Counted from the first letter of the stretch, positions 9,652 through 19,814 are shown. The stretch is DNA of 64,000 nucleotides from Vulcanimicrobiota bacterium (GCA_050250895.1 JBFWNU010000008.1:160001-224000), one strand, 5' to 3'. Notes: generated from the letters alone by a model not told the origin. A program made the numbers and translations.

Positions 9652-10236
9652 CTATTTGACCCCTCGAATCAGGCCCATGAATTCGTTGCGGGTGGACTGA
9701 TTCTGGCGAAAGGTTCCGTGCATGGCGCTGGTGATGGTTGACGAGCCCTGCTTTTCGACGCCACGCATCATCATGCATAGATGATTGGCCTCCATCACGA
9801 CGGCTACGCCCAGTGGTTCGAGATGCTCGAGCAGGCAGTCGGCGATCTGTTGGGTCAGCCGTTCTTGAACCTGTAACCGTCGGGAAAAGACCTCGACGAT
9901 GCGAGCGATCTTCGACAGCCCTACGATCTTGCGGTCGGGGATATAACCGACATGGGCCGTGCCGATGAAAGGCAGCATGTGATGCTCGCACAGACTGTAG
10001 AACTCGATGCCTCGAACCAGGACGATCTCCTGACTCTCGGCCTCGAACAAAGCGTCACCGATAATGTCGGCCGGATTCTCGCTGTAGCCTTTGGTGAGGA
10101 AGGCCAGGGCCGAGGCCATCCGGGCAGGGGTCTTGATCAGACCCTCGCGTTCGGGGTTCTCACCCAGTTCCAGCAGCAGGCCGCGAGTCAGCCCCTCGAG
10201 GCGCTCGTTACCGGTTTCGGCATCGTCGTAAAGCAT
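9652..10236 (-). CDS. folE: GTP cyclohydrolase I
   Basis: [35 protein letters not shown] and HLCMMMRGV motifs. Confidence 0.96.
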   Translation of the reverse strand: MLYDDAETGNERLEGLTRGLLLELGENPEREGLIKTPARMASALAFLTKGYSENPADIIGDALFEAESQEIVLVRGIEFYSLCEHHMLPFIGTAHVGYIPDRKIVGLSKIARIVEVFSRRLQVQERLTQQIADCLLEHLEPLGVAVVMEANHLCMMMRGVEKQGSSTITSAMHGTFRQNQSTRNEFMGLIRGVK

Positions 10237-10715
10237 TACTGGTCGACCACCGTCGGGGTGACCACCACTCCGTCCTCGTCGGCATAGAGGTGGGCCCCCG
10301 GGCTGAACTCCACGCCAGCCATGCGCACCACCACCTCACGCTGCCCCTCGCCGCGCTTGACACTCTTGCGCGGCATGCTAGCCAGGGCCTTGATGCCCAC
10401 TGCGATGCCTTTCAGGATTCGGGTGTCTCGCACTGCCCCGAAGATGACCAGGCCGGCCCAGCCGTTCTGCTGGGCCAGTCCAGCCAGGCGATCGCCGAGC
10501 AGGGCGCAGCGCAGCGAACCCCCCCCGTCAACCACCAGCACCCGTCCCTGACCGGGCTCGCTCACGGCCTCGGCTATCAACGAGTTGTCCTCGTGGCATT
10601 TGATCGTCGAGATGGGCCCACAAAAGGCGGCCACACCGCCATAATCGTGGAAAATAGGGTAGGCTACCTGGAACTCGCGGTTCTCCTGGTCACACAGATC
10701 TGCAGTGGCAATCAT
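10236..10715 (-). CDS. rraA: RraA-family protein (HMG aldolase/oxaloacetate decarboxylase-like)
   Basis: [30 protein letters not shown] and LYADEDG motifs. TAATG coupling to folE. Confidence 0.88.
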   Translation of the reverse strand: MIATADLCDQENREFQVAYPIFHDYGGVAAFCGPISTIKCHEDNSLIAEAVSEPGQGRVLVVDGGGSLRCALLGDRLAGLAQQNGWAGLVIFGAVRDTRILKGIAVGIKALASMPRKSVKRGEGQREVVVRMAGVEFSPGAHLYADEDGVVVTPTVVDQ

Positions 10716-10823
10716 GAGCGAGCCTTCTCTTGCTCGCCAGGGGTCCCTGCCAACGCAACTCGTTTGCAACCCGCGGGGAGGAGGATGGCTGCCAATGGGC
10801 AACTTCAACGGCCAGGAGGGCTT

Positions 10824-12395
10824 ATGGCAGAAGTGAAGATCGTGGGGGCGATGGAGGCCGGCTTCGAGGAGATCCTTACCCCTGAAGCGGTGGCCTTCGT
10901 AGCCGGACTGGCTCGAGAGTTCGCCGAGCGACGCCGCCAACTGCTAGAAGCTCGACAAGAGGTTCAGAAGGCTCTCGACGACGGCCTGGTGTTAGACTTT
11001 CCCGGTGAGACCGCCCAGGTGCGCGCTGGCGACTGGAAGGTGGCGGCCATTCCCGCCGACTTGCAGGACCGTCGCGTCGAGATCACCGGTCCGGTGGACC
11101 GCAAGATGGTCATCAATGCGCTCAACTCGGGGGCCCAGGTGTTCATGGCCGATTTTGAAGACTCGAACTCGCCCACCTGGTCCAACAATCTTCACGGCCA
11201 ACTCAATCTGCGCGATGCCGCTCGAGGCACCATTGCTTTCACCAGCCCGGAAGGCAAGCGGTACCAGCTCGCCGAGCAGCGGGCCGTGCTCATGGTGCGC
11301 CCCCGCGGTTGGCATCTGGTCGAGAAGGGTTTCGAGGTCGACGGCCAACCGATCTCCGGCTCATTGTTCGATTTCGGCCTCTACTTTTTCCATAACGCCA
11401 GGACTTTGCTCGAGAACGGTACGGGGCCCTACTTCTATCTGCCCAAGCTCGAACACTATCTCGAGGCCCGTCTCTGGAACGACGTCTTCGTCCACGCCCA
11501 GAAGGCCCTCGGCATTCCTCCAGGCAGTATCCGGGCCACCGTGCTCATCGAGACCATCACGGCCGCCTTCCAGATGGACGAGATCCTGTATGAGTTGCGC
11601 GACCACTCGGCCGGTCTCAACTGCGGCCGCTGGGACTACATCTTCAGTTTCATCAAGAAGCACCGCTGGCGGGCCGATTTCGTCGTGCCCAATCGAGCTC
11701 AGGTCGGCATGACGGCTCACTTCCTCCACTCCTACGTCGAGCTGTTGATCCAGACGTGCCATCGCCGCGGCATTCACGCCATGGGCGGCATGGCCGCTCA
11801 GATCCCCATCAAGAACGACCCGGCCGCCAATCAGGCCGCCCTCGACAAAGTGCGCCAGGACAAGTTGCGTGAAGTCAAGGCCGGCCACGACGGCACCTGG
11901 GTCGCTCACCCCGGTCTCATACCGGTAGCCCGCGAGGTCTTCGACGCGCACATGCCCGCGGCCAATCAGATCGACAACAAGCGCGAAGAGGTTTCGGTCA
12001 CGGCCGCCGACCTCTTGAAAGTACCGCCGGGCACCATCACCGAAGAGGGCGTGCGTCTCAACCTGGATGTGGGCGTCCAATATCTCGAAGCCTGGTTGGG
12101 CGGCAACGGCTGTGTGCCGATATACAACCTGATGGAGGACGCCGCCACCGCCGAGATCTCACGCAGTCAGGTGTGGCAGTGGCTGCGCCACAAAGCTCGC
12201 CTCGAGGACGGCCGCGAGGTGACGCCCGACCTGGTCAAAGAGTTGCTCGGGTCTATCTTAGACGGATTCAAAGAACAGTCCCCGCAGCGTTTTGCCCAGG
12301 GGCACTATGAATTAGCCGCGAAGCTGTTCCTGGAGATGATGTTATCCGACAACTTCTCCGAGTTCCTGACGCTAGTGGCCTACGAATATATCTAG
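10824..12395 (+). CDS. aceB: Malate synthase A
   Basis: [27 protein letters not shown] and [12 protein letters not shown] motifs. AGGAGG RBS. Confidence 0.97.
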   Translation: MAEVKIVGAMEAGFEEILTPEAVAFVAGLAREFAERRRQLLEARQEVQKALDDGLVLDFPGETAQVRAGDWKVAAIPADLQDRRVEITGPVDRKMVINALNSGAQVFMADFEDSNSPTWSNNLHGQLNLRDAARGTIAFTSPEGKRYQLAEQRAVLMVRPRGWHLVEKGFEVDGQPISGSLFDFGLYFFHNARTLLENGTGPYFYLPKLEHYLEARLWNDVFVHAQKALGIPPGSIRATVLIETITAAFQMDEILYELRDHSAGLNCGRWDYIFSFIKKHRWRADFVVPNRAQVGMTAHFLHSYVELLIQTCHRRGIHAMGGMAAQIPIKNDPAANQAALDKVRQDKLREVKAGHDGTWVAHPGLIPVAREVFDAHMPAANQIDNKREEVSVTAADLLKVPPGTITEEGVRLNLDVGVQYLEAWLGGNGCVPIYNLMEDAATAEISRSQVWQWLRHKARLEDGREVTPDLVKELLGSILDGFKEQSPQRFAQGHYELAAKLFLEMMLSDNFSEFLTLVAYEYI

Positions 12396-12415
12396 AAAGG
12401 CGCTATTCAAGCGAG

Positions 12416-13696
12416 ATGAGTAAGCAAGAATTTATCCGAAACCTGGAAGCCCGCTGGCAAAGCGAGGCTCGCTGGAAAGGCATCCAGCGCCCCTATTCGG
12501 CCGAGGACGTCTGGCGTTTGCGCGGCTCGTTCGAGATCGAATACACCCTGGCCAAGATGGGTGCCGACCGACTCTGGAAGTTACTCCATAGCGAAGACTA
12601 CGTCAATGTGCTTTCGGCCGTGACCGGCAATCAGGCCATCCAGGAAGTGCAGGCCGGCCTGAAGGCCATTTATGTCAGTGGCTGGCAGGTGGCTGGCGAT
12701 ATGAACAACGCCATGCACATGTACCCGGACCAAAGCCTCTATCCCAGCAACAGTGTGCCCTTCCTGATCCGCCGCATCAACAATTCGCTGATGCGGGCCG
12801 ACCAGATCCACCACCTGGGTGGCGACACCTCGGTTCACTGGATGGCTCCCATCGTAGCCGACGCTGAAGCTGGTTTCGGTGGTCCCTTGCACGCCTTCGA
12901 GATCATGAAGGATATGATCGAAAATGGCGTAGCCGGTGTGCACTTTGAAGACCAGTTGGCCTCGGTCAAAAAATGCGGCCACCTGGGCGGCAAGGTGCTG
13001 GTGCCCACCCGCGAATTCGTGACCAAGCTCGTGGCTGCTCGCCTGGCCGCCGACGTCTGCGGCGTGGACACCATTCTCATTGCTCGCACGGATGCCGATA
13101 GCGCCGGTCTGCTAACCTCGGATGTCGACCCCTACGACCACGACTATATCACCAGTCAAGAGCGCACTCACGAGGGCTTCTTCCCAGTCAAGCCCGGAGT
13201 CGAGCAGGCCATCGCTCGCGGCCTGGCCTATGCTCCCTTCGCCGACCTGCTGTGGATGGAGACCTCGCACCCTGACCTCGGTCAGGCCCAGCAGTTCGCT
13301 GACGCCATCCACGCCAAATTCCCCGGGAAGATGCTGGCCTATAACTGCTCGCCGTCGTTCAACTGGCGCCTCAAGCTCTCTGAAGCCGAGTGCGAAGCCT
13401 TCCAGCGCGAGATCGGCAAGATGGGCTACAAGTTCCAGTTCGTCACTCTGTCGGCGTTCCACCAGCTCAACTACGGCATGTTCCGTCTGGCCCAGGGCTA
13501 CAAGGCCCGCGGCATGGCTGCCTACGCCGAGCTGCAGACGGCCGAGTTCGAAGCCGAGAAAGACGGCTACGAAGCCATTCGCCACCAACAGTTTGTGGGT
13601 ACCGGATATTTCGACGCCGTCACCGAGGTGGCCACCGGTGGCCAATCCTCGACCACGGCCATGGCCGGTTCGACCGAGGCCGAACAGTTTCACTAG
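12416..13696 (+). CDS. aceA: Isocitrate lyase
   Basis: Signature [11 protein letters not shown], plus [11 protein letters not shown] and GSTEAEQF. Confidence 0.98.
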   Translation: MSKQEFIRNLEARWQSEARWKGIQRPYSAEDVWRLRGSFEIEYTLAKMGADRLWKLLHSEDYVNVLSAVTGNQAIQEVQAGLKAIYVSGWQVAGDMNNAMHMYPDQSLYPSNSVPFLIRRINNSLMRADQIHHLGGDTSVHWMAPIVADAEAGFGGPLHAFEIMKDMIENGVAGVHFEDQLASVKKCGHLGGKVLVPTREFVTKLVAARLAADVCGVDTILIARTDADSAGLLTSDVDPYDHDYITSQERTHEGFFPVKPGVEQAIARGLAYAPFADLLWMETSHPDLGQAQQFADAIHAKFPGKMLAYNCSPSFNWRLKLSEAECEAFQREIGKMGYKFQFVTLSAFHQLNYGMFRLAQGYKARGMAAYAELQTAEFEAEKDGYEAIRHQQFVGTGYFDAVTEVATGGQSSTTAMAGSTEAEQFH

Positions 13697-14154
13697 GCGC
13701 TCGCTTCGCTCGCGCCGGGGAGCTGCGACGGCTTTGCCGTCGAGAAAGGAGCTGCGACGGCTTTGCCGTCGAGAAAGGAGCGCCGGCTGCGCCGTCGAGA
13801 GGGGAGCCGGGCTGCGCCCGGAGATGGGAGCGCTGGCTTCGCTTGCGCTCGCCAGCGAGGACGGCTTCGCCGTCGGCAGCCAGGCCCTTCGTGGCCGAAG
13901 GCCATCGAAGGTTTGCGGCCGCAGGCCGCCTATCTAATCCCTCGAAACGAGCGACAGCGAGTTTCGCTCCTATCTCGGAGCTTGCTCCGCTCCCATCTCA
14001 AGCCGAAGGCTGCTCCTTTCTCGGCCACGCAGTGGCCGCTTCCTTCTCGCGAGCAACGCGAGCGTCGGCTCCTTTCTCAGCCACGCAGTGGCCGCTCCCT
14101 TCTCGCGAGCGTAGCGAGCGTTGCTCCTTTTCTCGGCCACGCAGTGGCCGCTCC
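13696..14154. repeat. Bipartite hairpin array 2 (left flank of the four-helix-bundle gene)
   Basis: Hairpins separated by AGAnnGGAG (left half), then CTCCnnTCT (right half). The 66-bp core at 13905-13970 is identical to 14788-14853. Confidence 0.95.
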
Positions 14155-14161
14155 CTACTCG

Positions 14162-14536
14162 CTACTGGGCCTGAGGTTCTGCCAAGAGTCTGCGACTCAG
14201 GCCTGTCAAGATGCGTCGCATCTCGGCGATGCAGCCCATCACTTGCTTGAGGTCTTCGGGACGCAGATACTCGAGCTTCAAGCTAATCAGAAACAGAGTT
14301 TCCACCTCGGCCAGACTTCCCCGCGCGACTCCCACATGGTAAGCGAAGGTGCGAACGGATTCGCGCGCCTGCCCCTCGGCGAGGTTGGCGACGATGGAGA
14401 CACTAGCTCGACGAAGTTGGCTTGTCAGGCCAAACTGTTCATTGCTCGGGAGGCGGCTTGTCAGTCGATAGACGAGCGGAACGAATTCCATTCCCTTTTG
14501 CCAGGCTGCGAGTTGTTTGTATGGTAAATGATGCAT
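14162..14536 (-). CDS. Four-helix-bundle protein (23S rRNA IVP / TIGR02436 family, Avd-like fold)
   Basis: YKQLAAWQKGM, LPSNEQFGLTSQLRRASVSIVANLAEG and ARGSLAEVET signatures. Confidence 0.93.
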   Translation of the reverse strand: MHHLPYKQLAAWQKGMEFVPLVYRLTSRLPSNEQFGLTSQLRRASVSIVANLAEGQARESVRTFAYHVGVARGSLAEVETLFLISLKLEYLRPEDLKQVMGCIAEMRRILTGLSRRLLAEPQAQ

Positions 14537-14585
14537 CGAGGCTTCTTCGACCCGACGTTTGCCGCTCCCGTCGAACGAATGTCCA

Positions 14586-15005
14586 GAGCGACGGCTTTGC
14601 CGAGGATCGCCGGCTGCGCCGTCGAGACAGGAGCGCTCGCTGCGCTCGCGAGATGGGAGCGCTGGCTTCGCTTGCGCTCGCCAGCGAGGAGGGAGCGCCG
14701 GCTGCGCCGTCGAGACAGGAGCCGGGCTGCGCCCGGAGATGGGAGCACTGGCCTCGCTTGCGCTCGCCAGCGAGGACGGCTTCGCCGTCGAAGGTTTGCG
14801 GCCGCAGGCCGCCTATCTAATCCCTCGAAACGAGCGACAGCGAGTTTCGCTCCCATCTCGGAGCTCTGCTCCGGTCCCATCTCCGGCCGAAGGCCGGCTC
14901 CTTTCTCGGCCACGCAGTGGCCGCTCCCTTCTCGCGAGCGTAGCGAGCGTTGCTCCTTTCTCGGCCACGCAGTGGCCGCTCCCCTTCTCGCGAGCGTAGC
15001 GAGCG
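14586..15005. repeat. Bipartite hairpin array 3 (right flank of the four-helix-bundle gene), a direct-repeat variant of array 2
   Basis: Same modules (CGCCGGC-tgc-GCCGTCG, CCGGGC-tgc-GCCCGG, CGGCCAC-gca-GTGGCCG, CGCGAGC-gta-GCGAGCG) in different number and order, with the identical 66-bp core. Confidence 0.95.
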
Positions 15006-15089
15006 AACATGGCCCGAACGGGTGATTGGCAGGCCAGGGTGCCTCCCGTATGCTTGAAAGCAAATCTACCCTTGGGAGGCGCATTTCCT

Positions 15090-16322
15090 ATGGAAAGCGG
15101 ACACATCGCCTGGATGCTCTTGAGCACAGCGCTGGTGTTGTTGATGACGCCCGGTCTGGCCTTTTTCTACGGCGGGCTGGTGCGGTCCAAGAACACCCTT
15201 AACACCATGATGATGAGCTTCGCGGCGCTGGGTGTCATCGGGATTACCTGGGCGTTGGTCGGCTACAGTCTGGCCTTCGGTGGGGCCGGAAAGTGGCTCG
15301 GCGGAGGCGCCCATCTGCTCTTGCAGGGCGTTGACCTGCAAGCAAAAGGCTCCATTCCGCACCTATTGTTCATGGCTTTCCAGGGAACCTTCGCGGTGAT
15401 CACCGCAGCTCTCATTTCGGGCGCCATTGTGGGCAGGATGCGGTTTGCCCCGTACCTGGCCTTCATCACGCTGTGGAGTCTGCTGGTTTATGCTCCGCTT
15501 TGCCACTGGGTATGGGGTGAAGGTGGCTGGTTGGCCGGCCTGGGAGCCCTCGATTTCGCGGGCGGCACGGTGGTTCACATCAACGCCGGTGTAGCCGCTC
15601 TGGTATTGGCGCTGGTGTTGGGCCCCCGCAGCGAGCACGGGCGCCTGGCCATGCTCGCTCACAACGTTCCCTTCGTGATTCTCGGTTCGGCTATGCTGTG
15701 GTTCGGATGGTTCGGTTTCAACGGCGGCAGCGCCCTCGAGGCCAACGAACAGGGCGTGCTGGCTTTCGTCAACACCATGCTGGCTCCGATGGCAACCCTG
15801 GTGGTCTGGATGCTCACCGACCTGGTGCGTGATCACCGCGCCAATGCGGTGGGGGCGGCCACGGCGGTGGTGGTCGGATTGGTGGCCATTACCCCGGCGG
15901 CCGGGTTCGTGTCGCCTCTGTCAGCCATCCTGATCGGCGCTATTGCAACCTTCCCCAGCTATATTGCTATCCAGATGAAGCACAAATGGGCCCTCGATGA
16001 CTCGCTCGATGTGTTCGCTGGCCACGGGCTCGGTGGTATCGTAGGGGCAATGCTGACCGGTGTTTTTGCTAACTCGGCGTGGGGCGGCTCGGCGATGGGC
16101 GGGTTTACCCAGGTCGGCATCCAGTTCGCGGCCGTGCTGGCTGCCGCGGCTTACAGCGCTATCGCGTCGTTTGCCCTGATCAAGCTGGTAGGGGCCTTCA
16201 TGGCCTTGCGTCCTCAGGTTCAGGAAGAGGGTCTGGGACTCGACATCTCTCAGCACGGCGAAGAGGCCTACTCGACCGGCGAGGGCGCTATTCTCATTCT
16301 CTCTCGGAAAAAGGCCGGTTAG
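15090..16322 (+). CDS. amtB: Ammonium transporter
   Basis: LMTPGLAFFYGG, LDFAGGTVVHINAG, LWFGWFGFNGGS and DDSLDVFAGHG motifs. GGAGG RBS. Confidence 0.96.
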   Translation: MESGHIAWMLLSTALVLLMTPGLAFFYGGLVRSKNTLNTMMMSFAALGVIGITWALVGYSLAFGGAGKWLGGGAHLLLQGVDLQAKGSIPHLLFMAFQGTFAVITAALISGAIVGRMRFAPYLAFITLWSLLVYAPLCHWVWGEGGWLAGLGALDFAGGTVVHINAGVAALVLALVLGPRSEHGRLAMLAHNVPFVILGSAMLWFGWFGFNGGSALEANEQGVLAFVNTMLAPMATLVVWMLTDLVRDHRANAVGAATAVVVGLVAITPAAGFVSPLSAILIGAIATFPSYIAIQMKHKWALDDSLDVFAGHGLGGIVGAMLTGVFANSAWGGSAMGGFTQVGIQFAAVLAAAAYSAIASFALIKLVGAFMALRPQVQEEGLGLDISQHGEEAYSTGEGAILILSRKKAG

Positions 16323-16328
16323 GAATCT

Positions 16329-16685
16329 ATGAAGATGATTGTCGCAATAATCCGACCCGAGCAGTTGCCAGATGTCATGGAGGCGCTGTTCGAGGCTAAG
16401 GTGAGGGGGATCACGGTCAGCCGGGTCCAGGGCCATGGTGGCGAGACCGAACATGTCGAGACCTACCGCGGCAGCAGTGTGCGCGTGGGTCTGCACGAGA
16501 AGATCAAACTCGAGATCGGCGTTTCGGAGAGTTTCGTCGAGCCAACGGTCCAGGCTATTCTCAAGGCCGCACGCACAGGCCAGGTCGGAGATGGAAAGAT
16601 CTTCGTCTTGCCGGTCGAGCGGGTCTATCGCATCCGAACCGGGGAAGAGGACGAAGCAGCCGTGACTCCGGTTCCTGTTTGTTAA
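16329..16685 (+). CDS. glnK: P-II nitrogen regulatory protein (GlnK-like by context)
   Basis: MKMIVAIIRP, T-loop ETYRG, TGQVGDGKIFV and RIRTGE. Directly downstream of amtB. Confidence 0.88.
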   Translation: MKMIVAIIRPEQLPDVMEALFEAKVRGITVSRVQGHGGETEHVETYRGSSVRVGLHEKIKLEIGVSESFVEPTVQAILKAARTGQVGDGKIFVLPVERVYRIRTGEEDEAAVTPVPVC

Positions 16686-16815
16686 CGGGATAGGCCTTTT
16701 TGTCAACATTTCGACGCCCTGTTCGAAGCTACGAACAGGAGTCTAGACAGCTCATGTCATTTTGGAATAGTCTCAACTCGCTCAGCTCGATTCTAGCGAA
16801 TTTGGAACGGCCAAA

Positions 16816-17382
16816 ATGTCAGCGATTCAACTGGAACGGCGCCGCGTTCGGCGTCTGAACGACTCTCGGGAAGCTCATCTTTATATCGAAAATCGGCGCT
16901 ATCCCTGTCGCCTGCTGGATTGGAGCCGACTGGGAGCCCGCCTGGCGGTGGACCGTCAAGTAGCGTGCGGACAGCGAGTTGGCATTACCGGCATCCCGGG
17001 ACAGTCACGATTCGCCGGTCGTCGTCTGGCTGGTCGTATCGCCTGGGCGGCGCCACAGGAGGTGGGTCTGGTGTTTGACGATCTGAGCGAAAAGATCAAA
17101 GTGACGCTGTTTAGTCCTTTCAGCTTGCGTCCTCGTGGCTCGGCCACTCTGATCGAACTGAGCGAACAGCGCATGGCACTGGTCAGCAACCACGCCTTCC
17201 AGCTGGGTGATTGCCCGCGGGTGGTGCTGGGACCGATGCCCGGGGCTGAACTGCTCGAGGTCATAGGTCGCGTCGAAGGCTGTCTGCGCCAGTCACGTCA
17301 GACCTGGCTCTATCACTTGAGCCTGGGCCGTTTGCCCGTGGGCAAGCTCGAACGCCTCCATCTCTATCGCTCGATGCTGTAG
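16816..17382 (+). CDS. Tandem PilZ-domain protein
   Basis: ERRRVRR and LDWSRLGARL motifs, followed by a second degenerate PilZ-like half. Confidence 0.7.
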   Translation: MSAIQLERRRVRRLNDSREAHLYIENRRYPCRLLDWSRLGARLAVDRQVACGQRVGITGIPGQSRFAGRRLAGRIAWAAPQEVGLVFDDLSEKIKVTLFSPFSLRPRGSATLIELSEQRMALVSNHAFQLGDCPRVVLGPMPGAELLEVIGRVEGCLRQSRQTWLYHLSLGRLPVGKLERLHLYRSML

Positions 17383-18563
17383 CGTTTTTCTTCCAGCAGT
17401 CGCTGTTGGCGTCGAGCCTCCTGGGGTTGGCCTGTGACCTGATACAGGCGGCTCAACTGCTCGTGTACATCCAGGCTGCTGTAGCGGTCTTCCAGCAGCG
17501 CCAGAGCCCGTTGGAGCGCCTCTTCCGCCCGGTCGGGCTGACCGTCGTGCCAACACGAGATGCCGAGCCGAAAGAGGATCTCTCCGCGTTCGGGCTCGAG
17601 TTCAAGCACCTGTTCAAAGCTCTCGATGGATTTGGAGTAAGAGCCGGTTTCCATCTGGCTTTCTCCCAGCAAGGCCAAGAGGCGGGCTCGCTCGAGGGGG
17701 CTGAGCGCCTCCCCCAGCAACGACGCGAGCTCTTCGCCGGCTTCATAATGGCGCTCCAGTCGCGAGAGGGCCAGGCTGCGGAGGTAGCGCTCGTTGAGCG
17801 TGCAAGGTGGCTCCAGCAGTTCCATGGCCTCGGCCGGCTGGTTTCGTGCCAACCAGCGAGCAGCCAGATCGGCTCTGGTGGCCTCGGGGGTCGGGTCGGG
17901 CAATTCGCGTCCGGTCAGTTGAAGGGCCAGAAAGGTCCCGAGGTGGGCTTTGTCGGCCGGTGTATAGCCTCCCCGAACCGAAGTGGCTACCGTCACCACG
18001 TCAGGGCGATAAAGGCTCAGGCGGTTGGCGACCACGGCCGGGCTCTGCCAGAGTCGGTCATCCTCCAGGCCGATGAAGTAGTCGACATCGATATCGATGG
18101 CCAGCGGAGCCCCCAGAGGCGGCAGTCGTTCCAGGGTGCAGACGGTCAGTCGTCGCCCGCAGAGCCTTCCTTCCACCCGGCCGTTCGCGGCGCGCAGGCT
18201 GGCGTAGTCCTCCAGTTGCACATCCAGCCAAAGATGCAGTTCCGTTCTCAGCCAGGCTAGCAGGTCGGGGTCGGGCAGCCACTCGGGAACGACCCAGATC
18301 AGGTGGCCAACCGTGCCGTCGTGCAGGGCCGGGTAGAGAAAGTTGCCGCAATGCAGTCCCGACCAGGGGCGCTCGGGCGAGCTGCGAAAACGATGGAGTT
18401 CGTGGGGGGGGCAGTCAACCAGCGAAGCCAGGGTCGAGGGGGCCAGGGTCTCGTCGGCTACGTCCAGGTGGGCATCCAGGTGCAGGCAGGTCAACCCCTT
18501 CAGGCCTGCCTCTCGCCAGCAGAGGAACGCTTCGCTGTGGTCGTCCATCAACCGCGCTATCAC
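17364..18563 (-). CDS. UPF0489-like (arginase/deacetylase-fold) domain fused to TPR repeats
   Basis: DDHSEA, HLDAHLD, LHCGNFL, IDIDVDYF and GGYTP motifs, then C-terminal TPRs. Confidence 0.7.
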   Translation of the reverse strand: MIARLMDDHSEAFLCWREAGLKGLTCLHLDAHLDVADETLAPSTLASLVDCPPHELHRFRSSPERPWSGLHCGNFLYPALHDGTVGHLIWVVPEWLPDPDLLAWLRTELHLWLDVQLEDYASLRAANGRVEGRLCGRRLTVCTLERLPPLGAPLAIDIDVDYFIGLEDDRLWQSPAVVANRLSLYRPDVVTVATSVRGGYTPADKAHLGTFLALQLTGRELPDPTPEATRADLAARWLARNQPAEAMELLEPPCTLNERYLRSLALSRLERHYEAGEELASLLGEALSPLERARLLALLGESQMETGSYSKSIESFEQVLELEPERGEILFRLGISCWHDGQPDRAEEALQRALALLEDRYSSLDVHEQLSRLYQVTGQPQEARRQQRLLEEKRYSIER

Positions 18564-18639
18564 GGTAGGAGACTTTCGCAGGGGGCTGGTTGGCTGCCTG
18601 CTGCCAGGATGGTCGGCCCCGGGCTCGAATGCAGGTTCG

Positions 18640-19776
18640 GTGATCTCTCTCGGACTACTGTTGCATGTCTACCAGCCTCCTGATCGCTTCGACGACTTAC
18701 TTCATCGCGTCGTGAGAGAATCGCATCGACCCCTGTTGAGGCTGCTGCAAGGTCGGCCCGATGCCCGCGTAAGTCTGAATCTCAACTGGTGCCTGACCGA
18801 GAAGTGGCTCGAGAAAGGCTTTGAAGATTGTGTCGAGAGCCTGGACAGCCTGCTGCGCTGGGAGCGGGTCGAGCTGACCGGGTCGGCCGCCTACCACCCT
18901 ATTCTCCCCTTGATTCCACGCCACGAGATTCGGCGCCAGATCTCCTACAACTCAGAGCGCCACCAAGAGGTTTTCTCGAACTGGAAGCCACAGGGGTTCT
19001 TTCCGCCCGAGCTGGCCTTTGGACACGAGCTGCCCCCGGTGCTGGTGGATCTGGGTTTCGAGTGGTGTCTGGCCGACGACATTCCCTACACTTGTCTGCA
19101 TGACGTGCCACCATTCGACTTCGTACCCGTTTGTGCCGATTTGCCGGTGTTGCTTCGGTCGAGCCTGTGGAGCAAGACCTTCGAGGCCTGTGCGCGTCAC
19201 GGCGCCGATGGCAAAGCGCTGGTTCGCAAGTTGGTCGAGGACCTCAATGGTTGGTTTGACGGCAAGGACGGTTACGTCATCATCGCCCTTGAGGCCGACG
19301 CGTTGGGAGAACATCGCTCAGGGTCGCTCGACCGCTGTCTGCTAGGCTTTCTTGACGAGTTGGCCAAGCAGTCCGACCAGATCCAACTGCGTCACGTGGG
19401 GGAGATCGCCAGCGAGTTTCCGCACCAGCCATCGGACATCCCCCCGGGGTCCTGGTCGACCACGGTCGAGGATTTCTGGGCCGGCGAGTTCTTCCCCCTC
19501 TGGCAGAGTCGCTATAACAATGCCCACAAGCTGCTCTGGGAACTCACCGATCTGGCGGTGTCGAGCGTGGCTCGGCTCCAGACCAAGCTTGATCGCAGCC
19601 TCAACTCCGGCACTTTCTGGTGGGCCACCCGCGAAACGGGCGAGCTACCGGCCAGCACCTCGCGTGGCATGAAAATGCTGCTCGACGTCATCGCCACTGC
19701 CGCTCCCGACAACATGAACAGGGCTCTGGACCTGATGGCGCAGCTCGATACCCTCTTCGAAGATCAGGCCTCTTGA
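18640..19776 (+). CDS. Glycoside hydrolase family 57-like protein
   Basis: LHVYQP, ELTGSAAYHPILPLIP, GFFPPELAF and PPGSWS motifs. GTG start inferred. Confidence 0.78.
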   Translation: MISLGLLLHVYQPPDRFDDLLHRVVRESHRPLLRLLQGRPDARVSLNLNWCLTEKWLEKGFEDCVESLDSLLRWERVELTGSAAYHPILPLIPRHEIRRQISYNSERHQEVFSNWKPQGFFPPELAFGHELPPVLVDLGFEWCLADDIPYTCLHDVPPFDFVPVCADLPVLLRSSLWSKTFEACARHGADGKALVRKLVEDLNGWFDGKDGYVIIALEADALGEHRSGSLDRCLLGFLDELAKQSDQIQLRHVGEIASEFPHQPSDIPPGSWSTTVEDFWAGEFFPLWQSRYNNAHKLLWELTDLAVSSVARLQTKLDRSLNSGTFWWATRETGELPASTSRGMKMLLDVIATAAPDNMNRALDLMAQLDTLFEDQAS

Positions 19777-19785
19777 GGGTCGAAT

Positions 19786-19814
19786 TTGACCCGTATTACC
19801 GATTATGATAGAAT
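19786..19814 (+). promoter_or_regulatory. Sigma70 promoter P1 of rpoB
   Basis: TTGACC-17 nt-TAGAAT with an extended -10 TG. Confidence 0.7.

Noticed and set aside
14162-14536. Diversity-generating retroelement suggested by the Avd-like gene
   Set aside because: There is no reverse transcriptase and no TR/VR pair differing at adenines in the window.
15020-15050. Sigma54 promoter upstream of amtB (TTGGCAGGCCAGGGTGC)
   Set aside because: The GG-to-GC spacing is 11 nt rather than 10, and the -12 element is poor.
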